DNA of 64,000 nucleotides from an uncultured Thermoleophilia bacterium (GTDB lineage: Bacteria > Actinomycetota > Thermoleophilia > UBA2241): assembly GCA_963702475.1 (NCBI GenBank), contig CAVPCT010000005.1, positions 672,001-736,000 on the forward strand, written 5' to 3'. A program made the translations under genes and the position numbers. Shown here piece by piece: positions 63,063 through 64,000 of this stretch (the first letter of the stretch is position 1; each line of letters starts with the position of its first letter). The notes below the pieces were generated by a model. That model did not search any database. It had not been told where the DNA came from and was given only the letters and a program-made list of their open reading frames with translations.

Positions 63063-63263
63063 ATGGTGCTCGAACTGATGACCTGTCGGGAGTGCGGCGC
63101 CGAGCTCGGGGCCGACCTCTTCTCGGAGGACCCCAGCGAGTCGATCGTCTGCCCGCTGTGCGGGACGATCGTGCTCGACGCCACCCCCGTCGAGGACAGG
63201 GCGCTCCACATCCACGCCCTCACCGGGCAGGCTCCGCCTGACCAGCGGCGGTCGACCGCCTGA
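63063..63263 (+). CDS. Small zinc-ribbon protein (66 aa)
   Basis: CRECG..CPLCG; gaggggg RBS; GC3-rich codons. Confidence 0.6.
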   Translation: MVLELMTCRECGAELGADLFSEDPSESIVCPLCGTIVLDATPVEDRALHIHALTGQAPPDQRRSTA

Positions 63264-63283
63264 GACCGCGGGCGTGGAACGAA

Positions 63284-63310
63284 GGCCGGGGCGCCCGCGG
63301 CGCCCCGGCC
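63284..63310. terminator. 12-bp GC hairpin
   Basis: ggccggggcgcc-cgc-ggcgccccggcc after the zinc-ribbon gene. Confidence 0.45.
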
Positions 63311-63337
63311 ATTGGCGTGCGGCTGTATGCTGAGGTC

Positions 63338-63778
63338 ATGCACGCGCCGACCTATCGTGTGCGCACGGCCACACCCACCGACGCCGACGCGCTCGCCGAC
63401 CTCAGCACCCAGTTGGGGTACCCGTCCGACGAGGCCCAGGTGCGCGACCGGCTGCGCCTTCTGGACGGCCTCGAGCGCACGCTGCTCGTGGCGGAGGTGG
63501 AGGGTGAGGTCGCCGGCTTCATCGACGTCCACGTACAGCGCACGGTGGAGGAGGATGCCTACGGCGAGGTGGGCGGCCTCGCCGTGGCCCAGGGACACCG
63601 CGCCTCGGGTCTCGGCAGATCCCTGATCGAGGCCGCGGCGGCGTGGTCGCGCGAGCGCGGCCTGGCGCGCCTGTGGATCCGCGCCAACCTCGCGCGTGGG
63701 ACTGCCGCGCACGGCTTCTACGAGCACGTCGGCTGCCGCGCCGTGAAGGACCAGCGCGTGTACGAGCTCCCGCTGTGA
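63338..63778 (+). CDS. GNAT family N-acetyltransferase
   Basis: QLGYP, LAV...RASGLGRSL, AHGFYE. Confidence 0.85.
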   Translation: MHAPTYRVRTATPTDADALADLSTQLGYPSDEAQVRDRLRLLDGLERTLLVAEVEGEVAGFIDVHVQRTVEEDAYGEVGGLAVAQGHRASGLGRSLIEAAAAWSRERGLARLWIRANLARGTAAHGFYEHVGCRAVKDQRVYELPL

Positions 63779-64000
63779 AGCGGATCGTGCTCGGCGACAA
63801 CCTCGACGTGCTGCGCGCGCTGCCGGACGGCCTCGCGCGCCTCATCTACATCGACCCGCCGTTCAACACGGGCCGCGCGCAGCGCCGCACACGCTCGCGC
63901 ACTGTGCGGGACGACGGCGGCGACCGGCGGGGCTTCGGCGGGCGGCGCTATCGCACTGAGGTGCTCGGCAGCCTCGCCTGGAGCGACGACTTCGACGACT
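63775..64000 (+). CDS. Site-specific DNA methyltransferase (N6/N4, beta class), truncated by the window end
   Basis: GTG overlapping the GNAT stop; VLGDNLDVL..LIYIDPPFNTG. Confidence 0.85.
   Translation, partial: MKRIVLGDNLDVLRALPDGLARLIYIDPPFNTGRAQRRTRSRTVRDDGGDRRGFGGRRYRTEVLGSLAWSDDFDD

Noticed and set aside
63775-64000. Restriction-modification or defence system
   Set aside because: Only a partial methyltransferase is visible, with no nuclease in the window

Overview
Very GC-rich bacterial chromosome segment. Gene content and order (tRNA-Gln-glmU-prs-rplY-pth, mfd-mazG-eno-ftsB-DUF501-ppx-tRNA-Leu(UAA), dnaE2, PASTA kinase) point to an actinobacterium. The [FeFe]-hydrogenase and Rex sites suggest an anaerobic or facultative, possibly deep-branching lineage (inference). 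Core housekeeping genes fill about 24.8-47 kb. The left arm (0-24.7 kb) is accessory: HtpX with zinc ribbons, a REC-MshEN-PilB ATPase, PaaK plus an internally deleted mini-paralog, CopA with a CsoR box, an ECF sigma/anti-sigma fusion with twin divergent promoters, and zur-znuACB. Between metG and rsmI is an approximately 15-kb block with a polyamine-catabolism module, a FliA-like sigma factor lacking region 3, and a Rex-boxed hydCBA ([FeFe] group A3-like) operon followed by an [FeFe]-sensor histidine kinase phosphorelay with no DNA-binding output. The strongest novelty candidates are (i) a probable plus-strand small RNA at about 5379-5524 made of hairpins with UCCC/anti-Shine-Dalgarno loops and (ii) the H2-sensing phosphorelay and sigma module. 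Several genes carry 1-nt frameshifts, mostly at short homopolymers, which are most likely sequencing or assembly errors. All calls come from motif recognition by eye; no database searches were run.
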